NCBI GenBank assembly: GCA_963717525.1
Contig: OY970343.1
Location: forward strand, 160,001 to 224,000
Length of the DNA stretch: 64,000 bases
Reading direction: 5' to 3'
Origin: an uncultured Methanoregulaceae archaeon
Lineage (GTDB): Archaea; Halobacteriota; Methanomicrobia; Methanomicrobiales; Methanospirillaceae
The position numbers and the translations under genes were made by a program. Within the stretch, counting starts at the first letter, position 1, and every line of letters begins with the position of its first letter. Positions 17,720 through 28,456 of the stretch are shown here, piece by piece. A model generated the notes under the pieces. The model had not been told where the DNA came from, ran no database searches, and was given only the letters and a program-made list of their open reading frames with translations.

Positions 17720-18901
17720 TCACCGGAAGGCTCCCTCGATCCGGTGAGGAAGCACGCATTCCTCAAAACGTTTCAGGAAATACCGGTCGGTCATGCCGGC
17801 AACAAAATCCCGGGCAAGCCCGGCCGGAGAAGTTTCACGCAGGTAGTCCCGGCTGACCCAGGGAGCCTCGGTAAAGTCCGTAAAAATTTTCGAGCTGTGC
17901 CGGTCTGCTTCAATATCGGCGAGATAGGTCGAAAACAGGACGCGGTACATGGTCCTGATCTTCTCCCGCTCCGCGGTCAGTTTCGGGTTGTTGTAAATAT
18001 GGTCCCGCGAGAATGCGCGGAGGGTGGCAAGCGCGTGTTCGACCTCGCTGCTATAAGAAACAAAACATTCGTTGTCCGCATCGCTGTTGTCCAGCAGGTC
18101 ATGGATTAGGGTATCGATGATAGTACGGTTGTCGGCCCCGAGGACCTTCCGGCATTCACGGGGTATCTCTGCCAGACCTTTGATAAGGCCTACCTCCTGC
18201 GCGTCCTGGAGATCGCGCCCGATGAAGGCGATCGTGTCAGCGAATTTCACGATGCACCCTTCCAGGGTCATGGGAGGCCCGGCCCGATTCCCTTTCTCGT
18301 TTGCCCCGATTTTCCGGTCAAACGCCGGCCAGTCCGGACAGGGTTCCGGGGAGATACGGAGATCATCGGCCTCGCCGTTGTGGCAGAGGATCCCGTCCAG
18401 CACCTGCATGGTCAGGTCCTGGTCCTCGATCCGGTCAAGGGACCTTACGCTCTGAACGTTATGGAAAAATTTCCCGAGGCCGTGTTCTTCGCAGAGATCC
18501 GAGAGGCAGGATTCGCCGAAGTGGCCGTACGGGATGTGGCCGATGTCGTGCCCGAGCGCGATCGCCTCAATCAGGTCCTCGTTGAGGCGCAGGCACCGGC
18601 CGATTGTGCGTGCGATCTTCGAGACGAGCTGGACATGAATCACCCGGTGGGTGATGTGATCGTTCTCCACAAGGTAAAAGACCTGGGTCTTGTCGATGTA
18701 CCGTGTGTATGCCCGCGTATGGATGATCCGGTCCGCATCCCGTGAATACGGTGTGCGGATATCTGCCGGTTTCCGGTTCTTCCGCCGCAGTGCCTGGTCG
18801 GTCCGTGATGCATGGGAGGATAGCAGGGCTTCGCGTTCGCGGGTATACCGGTGGATCGCCGGGTTGCGGCGCTCTTCACGGTGCTCACCCTGTCGTACCA
18901 T
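17720..18901 (-). CDS. HD-domain dNTP triphosphohydrolase (dGTPase-like)
   Basis: RTPYSRDADRII, KTQVF, HDIGHIPYGHFGE, ADTIAF, DFVAGMTDRY. Confidence 0.88.
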   Translation of the reverse strand: MVRQGEHREERRNPAIHRYTREREALLSSHASRTDQALRRKNRKPADIRTPYSRDADRIIHTRAYTRYIDKTQVFYLVENDHITHRVIHVQLVSKIARTIGRCLRLNEDLIEAIALGHDIGHIPYGHFGESCLSDLCEEHGLGKFFHNVQSVRSLDRIEDQDLTMQVLDGILCHNGEADDLRISPEPCPDWPAFDRKIGANEKGNRAGPPMTLEGCIVKFADTIAFIGRDLQDAQEVGLIKGLAEIPRECRKVLGADNRTIIDTLIHDLLDNSDADNECFVSYSSEVEHALATLRAFSRDHIYNNPKLTAEREKIRTMYRVLFSTYLADIEADRHSSKIFTDFTEAPWVSRDYLRETSPAGLARDFVAGMTDRYFLKRFEECVLPHRIEGAFR

Positions 18902-18959
18902 ACACATTGTCAATTCTTTGGAGGGGGGCGGCATTAAGGCTGACGACCCGTTTGTGCAT

Positions 18960-19421
18960 TTATCTCCCGTAGGTCACAAAGGTCTCGCCGAACTGGACAA
19001 CATGCCCGCCCATGGCCTGTACCATCTGCGCTTTTGTGGCACCGGGTGCGAGATCGATTTCGGTGTCCAGCCCGTAGATCTTGAAGAAATACCGGTGTGT
19101 CTGCCCGTGGGGAGGGCAGGGACCGGAATACCCGATCGTCCCGAAACTGTTGGTCCCCTGGACTGCCCGGATCGGAAAGGTGACCTCAGGATCTTTTGGT
19201 ATCTTTTCGGGTATGAATCTGACCAGTTCTATATTCCACGCAATCCAGTGGACAAATCCTCCGCCACCCGGTGCATCAGGATCGGTGCAGATGATGGCAA
19301 GACATTTCGAGCGCCCGACGTTCACTCCCCCAACCTCAATCTCGGGCGATTTGTCCTCACCATCACAGGTGTATGCGCTCGGCAGGTCCTTGACAGAGAT
19401 CCGTATGCTTAATGATTCCAT
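18960..19421 (-). CDS. YbhB/YbcL family PEBP (Raf kinase inhibitor-like) protein
   Basis: YTCDGEDKSP, DPDAPGG.FVHW, GYSGPCPP..HRYFF. Confidence 0.9.
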   Translation of the reverse strand: MESLSIRISVKDLPSAYTCDGEDKSPEIEVGGVNVGRSKCLAIICTDPDAPGGGGFVHWIAWNIELVRFIPEKIPKDPEVTFPIRAVQGTNSFGTIGYSGPCPPHGQTHRYFFKIYGLDTEIDLAPGATKAQMVQAMGGHVVQFGETFVTYGR

Positions 19422-19652
19422 ATGCTCTTCACATCCCTGCATGCATCATGAACGGCGCGACTCATAAAAATTCTGTTCATACCTACCTGTGGTGAACATT
19501 ATAGTTTACAAGGACGTTCCGGCCTTCCTTGTATGAAGTGCCGGATTACCCCTGCCTCCTGTACCCGTGCTGTTGCCTGCTCCACATATTTATTGTCTCA
19601 CAAGGAGAATGTTAGAGGAAAGAAGTACCTTTACGTACTCCAGAGGCAACCC

Positions 19653-20546
19653 ATGGAAAAGAAACCTGCCGGCACCCTGCCGGAGAAACCTACCAAAGAA
19701 TCCTGCTCCCACGAATGCTCCAGCTGTGCAACGGCGGGAACCTGTTCTGACGTGAAAGCCGGCCTCCCGCCCAAGGCGGACATTGACGTAAAGCACGTTA
19801 TTTTAGTCCTCTCGGGAAAAGGGGGGGTGGGAAAATCGACCGTATCCGTGAACCTTGCGTACGCGCTCTCCAGCCACGGCTACAAAGTCGGGCTCCTGGA
19901 CCTTGATATGCATGGTCCCAACATTCCCAAGATGCTCGGGATCGAGGATCACAAGCTCTCCACGATCGGGAACATGATAGAACCGGTCCATGTCACCGGG
20001 GCGCTCTCGGTGATATCCATGGCCTTCCTCCTGCCCGACACGAGCACGCCGATCATCTGGCGTGGACCCATGAAGATGGCAGCGATCAACCAGTTCCTCA
20101 CCGAAGTCAACTGGGGATCCCTGGACTATCTTGTCGTGGATCTCCCCCCGGGTACCGGTGACGAGGCACTCACGATTGCACAACTCGCACCCAATGTGCG
20201 TGGTGCCGTTATCGTAACTACTCCCCAGGATGTTGCCACGCTGGACTCGAAAAAGGCCATAAAATTTGTGGAAAAACTCGGCCTGCCGGTCCTCGGCGTC
20301 ATCGAGAACATGAGCGGGATGATCTGCCCCCACTGCGGACAGGAGATCGATCTTTTCGGCAAAGGCGGAGGCAGAAAGATTGCTGATGAGCTCTCGGTAC
20401 CGTTCCTTGGAGCCATTCCCATCGATATAGATATGCGCAAGGCCGGCGATGAAGGCCGCCCGTTCATCATCCGGCGGGGTGACAGTCCAACATGGGCGAG
20501 CGTGGACAAAATCATGGAAGAGCTCATAAAAGTCGTCGAGGGATAA
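19653..20546 (+). CDS. Mrp/ApbC/NBP35 Fe-S carrier ATPase
   Basis: SGKGGVGKST, WRGPMK, DLPPGTGD, ENMS..CPHCG, and N-terminal CxxxCxxC...C. Confidence 0.93.
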   Translation: MEKKPAGTLPEKPTKESCSHECSSCATAGTCSDVKAGLPPKADIDVKHVILVLSGKGGVGKSTVSVNLAYALSSHGYKVGLLDLDMHGPNIPKMLGIEDHKLSTIGNMIEPVHVTGALSVISMAFLLPDTSTPIIWRGPMKMAAINQFLTEVNWGSLDYLVVDLPPGTGDEALTIAQLAPNVRGAVIVTTPQDVATLDSKKAIKFVEKLGLPVLGVIENMSGMICPHCGQEIDLFGKGGGRKIADELSVPFLGAIPIDIDMRKAGDEGRPFIIRRGDSPTWASVDKIMEELIKVVEG

Positions 20547-20552
20547 GCCGGT

Positions 20553-20861
20553 ATGGACTACCTGCGGATCCTCTCCGGAAAAGCCGCACCTCTCCCCATC
20601 TATGAGCCGGTCATCGCCTGCCTGGAAAACCCCCAGGCATTTCCCGATCTTCTGGAACCCGTATACCGGCAGGCGATGAAACTCGACGATGAAACGCTCG
20701 ACCAGTTCCGTTTTGCGCTCCTTCGCCTCCAGCTCTATGCGGACATCCACAGGAACGAGGATCTGGAGAAAGCCATGCATATCCGTTACGTATCGCAGGT
20801 GCTTGAGAAGGTCATCTTCGGTACCCTGGTCATGGAACCGCAGGAACCCGAAGCCTCCTGA
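20553..20861 (+). CDS. Hypothetical helical protein
   Basis: 102-aa ORF 6 bp after mrp, with normal codon usage. Confidence 0.7.
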   Translation: MDYLRILSGKAAPLPIYEPVIACLENPQAFPDLLEPVYRQAMKLDDETLDQFRFALLRLQLYADIHRNEDLEKAMHIRYVSQVLEKVIFGTLVMEPQEPEAS

Positions 20862-21023
20862 TCATTTCCCGTACCACAAAGCTCTTATCGGCGTGAATGT
20901 GTACGGATGATACCTATAAGTGCCCCTCCGGCACATGTATAATCCAGCAAACAACAGAACCCTACAATCTTCTTTCTTCTTTCAGGTTGAATGCGCGAAG
21001 AGAACAAAAACGAAAAGATACCC

Positions 21024-21479
21024 ATGACATCACGCATGCATGCCCCCCACACCACCTGCCCGGGCTGTCAGGAAGAGGTTTTTCTTGATGAGTTAGTGGG
21101 CGGCAAATGCCCGCTGTGCGGCTGTTCACTGGAAGAATTCGAAGAGTCCATCGGCGAGTACGAGGGCATTCTCGATCGCTCCGACCTTTCATGGCTGATT
21201 TTCAATTATTTTGTCTTCAAAAAATTCGTCGATCTGGGTGTTCCGCCCTCGCAGATCATGGATTTTATCTCCAGTTACGAGGAGAACGCAGAGAAACCCC
21301 GGGAAGAGTGGACCAAAACGGAGTTCTCCCTGGAACTCCCGATGGGGATACCCGACAGGATCCGACCCAAGCGGTGCGCAAAATGCAACCGGCTCTTTGT
21401 GAGGGGCGGACGAAAGCAGATTATTGGTGATATGCGCTCCACCTTAGTGCATATCCAGTATGTATGCAACCGCTGCTGA
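21024..21479 (+). CDS. Hypothetical zinc-finger protein
   Basis: CPGC..CPLC at the N-terminus and CAKC..CNRC at the C-terminus. Followed by a T-tract. Confidence 0.7.
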   Translation: MTSRMHAPHTTCPGCQEEVFLDELVGGKCPLCGCSLEEFEESIGEYEGILDRSDLSWLIFNYFVFKKFVDLGVPPSQIMDFISSYEENAEKPREEWTKTEFSLELPMGIPDRIRPKRCAKCNRLFVRGGRKQIIGDMRSTLVHIQYVCNRC

Positions 21480-21607
21480 TATCCCGCACCTCTTTTTTAT
21501 TTCATTCATCATCCGGTTTTATTCAGTGACCGGTGGTCTGGAAGTTCCCGCACGGGACGCATACGGGTTATAACAGGATATAATCCAGTATGGGGATATA
21601 CTAACGC

Positions 21608-22570
21608 TCATTTCCGCAACGAGACCAGCATGATGATCCCGATAATTGCAAGAGCGGCACCGCTGATGAGCAGGGGGAGGAGGACACCATAGGGAGTCAT
21701 CCCGGCCGGCAGCTCAGGCTGAGGGATAAACGTGGAGTTGCCCGCAATCAGGTATTCCCGAACCGTGAGTTGTGCGGATGCACTGCCTTGCGTGGTGTAT
21801 TTTTGCTCTCCAACCGTCACGTTATATATCCCCGCTGGCAGGCCGGGTTCCTCGAGCGAATAGGTCCACTGGTTGGAATTGGAGCCTTCCACCACCGGGA
21901 TGGTTTGTGAGGTTATCAGATCGCCGGATGTCGCATTTCTGACAGAAACCTGAAGCTGATCTTCGGGCCCGACGTTTGTGGTCCCGGTGATCAGCAGAGA
22001 CTCACCGGTTGTCTGGTCGGGCAGGTTACCGGCGTCGTTCACCCGATTGAAATGCACGGCCGGCTCCTCAACGTAAAAATAATATGGGGTAAAGATATCG
22101 TCAACGTCAGGCCGTACCGAAGCATTGAGAATGATGGCGGCTACCGGGCTGATGTCCACGGGAAAAGATGATATTGCGCCGATGTTGGCAATGACTTTTC
22201 CCCGATCGGTAATGCGCATGCTGCCATCGTTCCAGAGCAGCGGGCCGATCTCAAAACTCCTGTCCGAACCCGGATCCTGGATCAGGAATGCATACTCTCC
22301 CGCGGAAAACCGCGTCGTCTCTTCCGGTTTGATAATGAAGGTATAATTTCCCTTTTTATCCGGGGCGATCGTTTTTGTTGCAAAATAGTTCTGCCCGAGT
22401 ATCCAGAGGGTTATCGAACCATTCACTGCACCTGTACCCGAGAGAGTTACGGTATCCGCCTTCACAATAGTACCGGGACCACTGGTCACGGCAGTAAGCG
22501 CGGCAGATGCCGGCAGACCCAGCACTACCAACAGTACAAGCAGGGTTACGACCGTGGTTCCTGGTTTCAT
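21608..22570 (-). CDS. Secreted, membrane-anchored surface protein (Ig-like repeats)
   Basis: Signal peptide MKPGTTVVTLLVLLVVLGLPASA, ITGTTNV motif and C-terminal TM + RK. Confidence 0.75.
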   Translation of the reverse strand: MKPGTTVVTLLVLLVVLGLPASAALTAVTSGPGTIVKADTVTLSGTGAVNGSITLWILGQNYFATKTIAPDKKGNYTFIIKPEETTRFSAGEYAFLIQDPGSDRSFEIGPLLWNDGSMRITDRGKVIANIGAISSFPVDISPVAAIILNASVRPDVDDIFTPYYFYVEEPAVHFNRVNDAGNLPDQTTGESLLITGTTNVGPEDQLQVSVRNATSGDLITSQTIPVVEGSNSNQWTYSLEEPGLPAGIYNVTVGEQKYTTQGSASAQLTVREYLIAGNSTFIPQPELPAGMTPYGVLLPLLISGAALAIIGIIMLVSLRK

Positions 22571-22721
22571 ATATGCCTCTGGTACTTCCGGGATGTGCCA
22601 CCCGGTATTTTGATCGCTTGTGTAAATAGGGGAGTATTCTCTTTTAACATTAACGCCCGGAGCCCCTCTGAACGCTTCGGGAGTTTCCCTGTGATCCCTC
22701 GCCGAAAGGCGTAAAAATAGT

Positions 22722-24158
22722 TTAGTATGTCCTGCCAACAAGGGTTGCCTTGCCCGGCTTGTTACAGATAATGCAGGGTCCGTCTGTGGCTTCGATGTAG
22801 TCAGACCGTACCTCGGTTCCAAGAAGGCTCGAGTTCGCTTTCTCCTCGATGGCATCCCCGCACGCCCGATCCCGGCACCAGTGGACAACCGCAACTTTCC
22901 CGTCATTAAGGGCTGCGTTCAGGGCATCAACAGAATGTACCGTACAAAGGCGGGATTTCATGTGCTCCTCGGCTTTTGCCTGGATCTCCCCGGTAATATC
23001 TCCAAGTACCCGTATGACATCACCGGCCGCAGTTGCAAGGGATATCGCGGTCTTCTCCCTGGTTCGTTTGACTGCCATCGCTTTTCCGGCATCGAGATCC
23101 CGTGGCCCCAGCTCAAGCCTGAGCGGTACGCCCCGGAGTTCCCACCAGTAGTATTTTGCTCCGGGGCGCATGTCCCGGCTATCCATCATCACCCGGAAGC
23201 CAGCCGCCTCAAGGTCCGTTTTGAGTTTTTCTGCGGCTGCGAGTACGTCATCACGGCGTTTCCCGATGGTGATCGGAACAATAACAGCCTGGAATGTTGC
23301 GACAGCAGGAGGGAGGATCAGGCCCTTATCATCTCCATGAACGGAAATCAGCGCTGCGATACAGCGCTCCGAGATCCCGTAACAGGTCTGGTACGCAACT
23401 TTCTGCTCCCCGTTTTTATCCTCGTACAGGATTGCAAACGTGCGGGAGAAGTGGTCGCCGAGATGGTGGACGGTGCCGATCTGGAGGGTTTTACCGTTCG
23501 GCATGATCGTGTCAACCGCGATCGTATAATCAGCCCCGGGAAACTTGTCCCAGTCGGGGCGTTTCGAGATGATGATCGGGATGCAGAGGCTCCGGTAAAA
23601 TTCGCGGGTGAGCGCGATCTCGGATTCCACCTGTGCTTCGGCCTCGTCCCAGCTCGCGTGGACGGTGTGCGATTCCATGAACGAGGTGATCTCGCGGAGA
23701 CGGATCAGCGGCCGGGTCTGCTTGGTTTCGTACCGGAAGGTATTCACAACCTGGTAGATCTTTATGGGGAGATCGGCATGGGAACGTACCCAGAGGGCAA
23801 ACATCGGGTAGATTGCCGTTTCGCTTGTGGGCCGAAGCGCCAGTTTCACATCAAGCGGCGTCGTGCCCCCGTGGGTGACCCAGTAGACCTCGTTCTCGAA
23901 CCCCTTGATATGCTCGGCCTCTTTCATGAACTCCTGTTCCGGGATCAACAGGGGGAATAGTGTTTCCTTGTGATCCCGGTCGAGCAGTTCGCGCAGGAGC
24001 TGGTACACAAATTTGCGGATCGCAAACCCGTACGGGAACCAGACATAGAGCCCTTTTACCGGATAGCGGACGTCCATGATCTCCGCACGCCATAAAAGTT
24101 CGTTGTACCATTCGGAAAAATCCGCTTTTTTTGGCAGGGCGCCCGCATCCTCGTCCAT
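22722..24158 (-). CDS. proS: Proline--tRNA ligase (archaeal type)
   Basis: [39 protein letters not shown]. Confidence 0.97.
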   Translation of the reverse strand: MDEDAGALPKKADFSEWYNELLWRAEIMDVRYPVKGLYVWFPYGFAIRKFVYQLLRELLDRDHKETLFPLLIPEQEFMKEAEHIKGFENEVYWVTHGGTTPLDVKLALRPTSETAIYPMFALWVRSHADLPIKIYQVVNTFRYETKQTRPLIRLREITSFMESHTVHASWDEAEAQVESEIALTREFYRSLCIPIIISKRPDWDKFPGADYTIAVDTIMPNGKTLQIGTVHHLGDHFSRTFAILYEDKNGEQKVAYQTCYGISERCIAALISVHGDDKGLILPPAVATFQAVIVPITIGKRRDDVLAAAEKLKTDLEAAGFRVMMDSRDMRPGAKYYWWELRGVPLRLELGPRDLDAGKAMAVKRTREKTAISLATAAGDVIRVLGDITGEIQAKAEEHMKSRLCTVHSVDALNAALNDGKVAVVHWCRDRACGDAIEEKANSSLLGTEVRSDYIEATDGPCIICNKPGKATLVGRTY

Positions 24159-24167
24159 AAAAACCCC

Positions 24168-24761
24168 TTAAGCTACTATCTGTATGATTGCCGGCGTAAT
24201 AAATGACTCGACCACTGCTGCGACGGCGATCAGGGGAAGCACGTACAGGAGAAAGAGCCGGGCCAGGCGCCCCGCATCGGCCGCGGTATCAGCTGCCCCG
24301 TACCATTCTGCGATCAGTGACTGCGCCATGCAGAACCCGAGCGCAGAGGCGATAATGAAGGCAGGTACTTCAAAGATCCCGTGGGGGACAATGGCGGCGG
24401 CAATAAAAAGTGCGGAATGTCCCTTGCTGATGATCTCGGTGACCGCACCGATCACAATCCCGTTCAGGCTCAGGATAACCAGCGTCAGTATGCCAAAGGT
24501 GGCCCCCCCGAGGAAGAGCAGGATACAGGCTTCAAGGTTGTTTGCGAAGATCTTCAGGCACATATCAACAGGATTTTGAATGGTGATCTGTCCGGCGATC
24601 TCTTTCTGGAACAGGGAGAGCAACTCGTTACCGATCGCGGGATTGTGTACCGTCCCGATCCACCCTACGATCATGGAGATGATAAAAAGGAGGATCGTGA
24701 CCGTGGTGGTCGTGCCAAGCAGGGAACGCTCAGAAAGTGGCGATACACCCGGATCAGACAT
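24168..24761 (-). CDS. SpoIIM/DUF95 family membrane protein
   Basis: IFANN, NG, PHGIFEVPA, AAVVESFITP. Confidence 0.85.
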   Translation of the reverse strand: MSDPGVSPLSERSLLGTTTTVTILLFIISMIVGWIGTVHNPAIGNELLSLFQKEIAGQITIQNPVDMCLKIFANNLEACILLFLGGATFGILTLVILSLNGIVIGAVTEIISKGHSALFIAAAIVPHGIFEVPAFIIASALGFCMAQSLIAEWYGAADTAADAGRLARLFLLYVLPLIAVAAVVESFITPAIIQIVA

Positions 24762-25620
24762 AAAGGACCATCCGGATCATGTCGCGCACACCCGGGGCAA
24801 GGCCGACCACGATCATCGCCAGAAGCACCAGGTGCCAGAAGGCCGGGTTGGCCTCCTTGCGGTAGAGCTGCATGATATAGATGGCCGGGAAGAGGATGAC
24901 CAGCTTGAGCGGGTACATGACAAATGCGGTACCGGTCATCGCGATCAGGTTTGACCCTACCACGTGCTGCTCTATGTAATGAACGGCAGGGTGAAAGGTA
25001 AGCCCGTAACTGGTGGCACTGGCGTCCAGCATCTGCCCGAAGATGAGCGCAATATAGAGCGGATCCCGCACATATTCCCAGGAGAGGACATACCTCATGC
25101 AGCCCCAGACCAGCACCGAAGCAGTGACCGCCATGAGCAGGATCACCGCAAGGATGAAGAGATCGACATGGCCGTGGGCCATCCCCCAGGAAAGCAGGAT
25201 AAGCGAAACGACAAAGACCGCCATGCAGCCGATGAATGCATAGAATGACAGGAAGTCTTTTATAAGCCCATTTTTCTTCAGGGTGCCCCCGATAAAGATC
25301 ATCCCGAGCGTAAAGAAGAACAGTACGAAATAGATGGGAGGGGTGACAATCAGGTACTGCCAGTCGCCTGTCACCATGCCGGCATCCTGGATCACCCGGA
25401 GCACGCCGCCGAGCACTACGTAAGGCAGCGTGGCAAGAAGAAACGAGGAATCAAGTTTTATCCCGTGCTCTGAAAGCCATGTAGAATTCGAGAACCACCG
25501 GTATAACAAATAAACGCCGATAATGAGAATGACCGCATAGGTGAGTGTCTCGACAATATTGTAGGGCTCGCCATACTTCACGGGATCGATGTAGTATTTG
25601 TATATGAAATCACTAATCAT
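24754..25620 (-). CDS. DUF63 family membrane protein
   Basis: YNIVETLTYA, GGVLRVIQD, ASATSYG..YIEQHV, GLAPGVRD. Multiple TMs. Confidence 0.8.
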   Translation of the reverse strand: MISDFIYKYYIDPVKYGEPYNIVETLTYAVILIIGVYLLYRWFSNSTWLSEHGIKLDSSFLLATLPYVVLGGVLRVIQDAGMVTGDWQYLIVTPPIYFVLFFFTLGMIFIGGTLKKNGLIKDFLSFYAFIGCMAVFVVSLILLSWGMAHGHVDLFILAVILLMAVTASVLVWGCMRYVLSWEYVRDPLYIALIFGQMLDASATSYGLTFHPAVHYIEQHVVGSNLIAMTGTAFVMYPLKLVILFPAIYIMQLYRKEANPAFWHLVLLAMIVVGLAPGVRDMIRMVLYV

Positions 25621-25631
25621 TCATAATCCGG

Positions 25632-26711
25632 ATGAGCCCAAATACTATAAAATTACTTAAAGAGAAGGTCTTTGACAAGTCCAAATGGATGCAGTTACCC
25701 CGGGATGTGGTGATCGGCCACGATGTCCTTGGCCAGATTATACCGGTCTGCACAGATCTCAAAATGGGCAGGTCAGCCCTCCTGATCTCTGGTAAAAATA
25801 CGATGGAGCGTGCCGGAAAAACCGTCCGGGACCTGCTCCTTCAATCGGGAACTGTGAATGTTTTTATTGCAGAGGAGATCAGCCCGGAGATCATTGCGAA
25901 AGCGGAGCGGATCGCAGAGGGAATGGACTTTGTGGTCGGTGTCGGCGGAGGGCGTGTGATCGATACGGCAAAGATTGTGTCATACAACGTCGACCGCCAG
26001 TTTATTTCTGTACCGACCGCTGCATCCCATGATGGCATCGCGTCGGCCCGGGCGTCAGTTCCCACAGGGGAGGGTAATGTCTCGCTTGAAGCACATCCGC
26101 CATCAGCTATTATTGCGGACACAGGCATCATCGCATCCGCGCCACACCGGCTTCTTGCCGCAGGCTGTGCAGATGTGATCTCCAATTATACAGCGATCCT
26201 TGACTGGGAGATGGCCCACCGGATCAAGGGCGAACCCATGAGTGAATACGCGGTTGCGCTTTCGAAGATGACCGCTGAAATCCTTGTCAGGAATGCCGAT
26301 CTCATAAAACCGAACCAGGAACAGTCGGCATGGTTTGTGACAAAAGCGCTTGTATCGAGCGGTGTCGCAATGAGCATCGCGGGTTCGTCGCGGCCTGCAA
26401 GCGGCGGGGAGCACAAGTTCTCCCATGCCATTGACCGGCTTGCCCCGGGGAAAGCGCTGCATGGGGAGAGCTGTGGGATCGGTACGATCATCTCGATGTA
26501 CCTCCATGGCGGCGACTGGCGGGGGATCCGTGAATCGCTCCGGACGATTGGTGCCCCGGTGACACCGGCGGATGTGGGCATCCCTGACGAGATCGCGGTT
26601 GAGGCGCTTTTGATGGCAAAGACTATCCGCCCGGAACGCTTTACCATCTTTGATATGGGCATCACAAAAGAATCTGCAGAAAAGCTCGTCCAGATGCTCT
26701 ACGTGGAATGA
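25632..26711 (+). CDS. egsA: sn-glycerol-1-phosphate dehydrogenase
   Basis: GGGRVIDTAK, PTAASHDGIAS, SRPASGGEHKFSHA, LHGESCG. Confidence 0.95.
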   Translation: MSPNTIKLLKEKVFDKSKWMQLPRDVVIGHDVLGQIIPVCTDLKMGRSALLISGKNTMERAGKTVRDLLLQSGTVNVFIAEEISPEIIAKAERIAEGMDFVVGVGGGRVIDTAKIVSYNVDRQFISVPTAASHDGIASARASVPTGEGNVSLEAHPPSAIIADTGIIASAPHRLLAAGCADVISNYTAILDWEMAHRIKGEPMSEYAVALSKMTAEILVRNADLIKPNQEQSAWFVTKALVSSGVAMSIAGSSRPASGGEHKFSHAIDRLAPGKALHGESCGIGTIISMYLHGGDWRGIRESLRTIGAPVTPADVGIPDEIAVEALLMAKTIRPERFTIFDMGITKESAEKLVQMLYVE

Positions 26712-26748
26712 TCCAGAATAATCACATGAAACGTGCAGGAATGGAGCC

Positions 26749-27195
26749 ATGGCTGAGACAAAAACCAAAGTGACCCTCGTGGGAACGGTGCTTGCAAAAC
26801 CCGGCATCGAGTTCGTCTATGAAGGAGAATCCCCCGGGTGCGAAACATGCAAGGTCAAAAAAGCGTGCAACAATCTGAACAGGGGCCACCGGTACCGGAT
26901 CGTTACGGTCCGAAGCACACACCACGAATGTGCGGTTCACCTCAATGGGGCGACGGCAGTCGAGGTAATGGAGGCACCGGTAACCATGCTCATTTCTGCC
27001 GACATGGCGATGGTTAACTCGAAGATAAAAGTGGAATTCTCCTGCAACAAGACGGACTGCAGGAGTTATCCTCTCTGCCGACCGGACGGTGTGGTCGAGG
27101 GAGAAAAATATGTCATCGCCGATGTGCTGGGCAATGCGTCCGATATCTGCGGTAAAGGCCGTGCACTGAAGCTTGTCGAGATCAGACCCGCGTAA
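26749..27195 (+). CDS. UPF0179 family protein
   Basis: VTLVG..LAKPG, CxxC...C, HECAVH. Adjacent to egsA. Confidence 0.8.
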   Translation: MAETKTKVTLVGTVLAKPGIEFVYEGESPGCETCKVKKACNNLNRGHRYRIVTVRSTHHECAVHLNGATAVEVMEAPVTMLISADMAMVNSKIKVEFSCNKTDCRSYPLCRPDGVVEGEKYVIADVLGNASDICGKGRALKLVEIRPA

Positions 27196-27216
27196 GTGAT
27201 CGGCCGGATTTTCCCG

Positions 27217-28120
27217 TCAGCTATACGCCTGTTTTTTATCAAGCCGCACATCCCAGAGTGCATCCGCAAGCCGGAGAAGATCCTCCCTGTCTTCGAGTAC
27301 CTGTAGTCCACCGCTCCGGGGCGGTATCGATCCCCCAGCACGATCCTGCAAGCGCACCGCAGCACGCCCCGACCGTGTCCGCATCCCCCCCAAGATTTAC
27401 TGCCGAAAGGAGTGCATTTTCAAACGTGCGGGCGGTCATGAAACAATAAAGGGCCGCATGCGAACACTGCACCGCATCAAGCGAGGGAACGGGCCTGTAC
27501 CGTTCATAACTCCCCAGCACCGCGAGCACCTCTACGTCCTGACACCGCGAGCGGGCATGTACGAATGCCCGTTTCCTTGTGGCACCCCGGCACAGGTCGG
27601 CTGCCATCATGGTCATCCACGCGGAGCAATGGGCGGCGACCGTATCGTAATGGGTGAGCCGGGAACATTCCATGCTGATCCCGTAGGCTATATCAGCTGG
27701 ATAATAAATGCCAATGGGGAAGCCCCGCATCACGCTCCCATTCGTCCGGCTTCCGTGATGGCGCCGGTGAACGAGCCATGCAGCCCGGTGCGGTGGGGTG
27801 CCGGAACTGATCAGGCTGAAGAATGCAGAAGATGTCGGGCCGTACCATTCCGGCCGCTCCCGGTACCCGGAAAGAAATCTCGTTACGATGTCGGATGGCT
27901 GAAAACCCCTGCATGCAAGAAGGGATTCTGCGACCGCACGTGCCTGCAGGGTATCATCCGTGTACTGGCCGGCCTTCCGGAAATGGCGCCCTCCGGGCCG
28001 CATATTTGTCACCCAGACTTCAGGCTGGGGAGATCCTTCCAAGGGCGCACCCAACGCGTCCCCAATTGCGAGTCCAGCAAGCAATCCCCTTGGGTGAATG
28101 TATTCTCTTATAAATCTCAC
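27217..28120 (-). CDS. ADP-ribosylglycohydrolase (DraG/ARH) family protein (apparent +1 frameshift at ~27307)
   Basis: AIGDALGAPLE, YTDDT, NGSVMR, LTH, GGDADTVGA. Shifted frame continues LQVLEDREDLLRLADAL. Confidence 0.85.
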
Positions 28121-28174
28121 CAAAAAGGTATATCTGTCGTACAGAAAAATTAACTTTTCAGAGAAGGCGATAGT

Positions 28175-28453
28175 GTGCAAAAAGAAGAGTTACTGCATCT
28201 CCATATGCTGATGGTACACATCAGGAAGTATTACGAGAACACCACGAACGAAGAAATAGAAACCGAACGCTATGATGCGCTCGAAATATCGCCAGTCCAT
28301 ATTCACAAAGATAAAAAAGCCCATAAAGATGCTCTTCTCACCCTGGGTGAAGAGGTCGTGACCCATATAAGCGGACACCACCGCGTTCATGTGGTGAACT
28401 ATTCTCCTGAGACTGCAACTGCCCCTACTCAGCAAGTCGCAGTCGAACATTAA
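28175..28453 (+). CDS. UPF0058 family protein
   Basis: KEELLHLH..Y..LEISPVHIHKDKKAHK. Confidence 0.8.
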   Translation: MQKEELLHLHMLMVHIRKYYENTTNEEIETERYDALEISPVHIHKDKKAHKDALLTLGEEVVTHISGHHRVHVVNYSPETATAPTQQVAVEH

Positions 28454-28456
28454 GTC

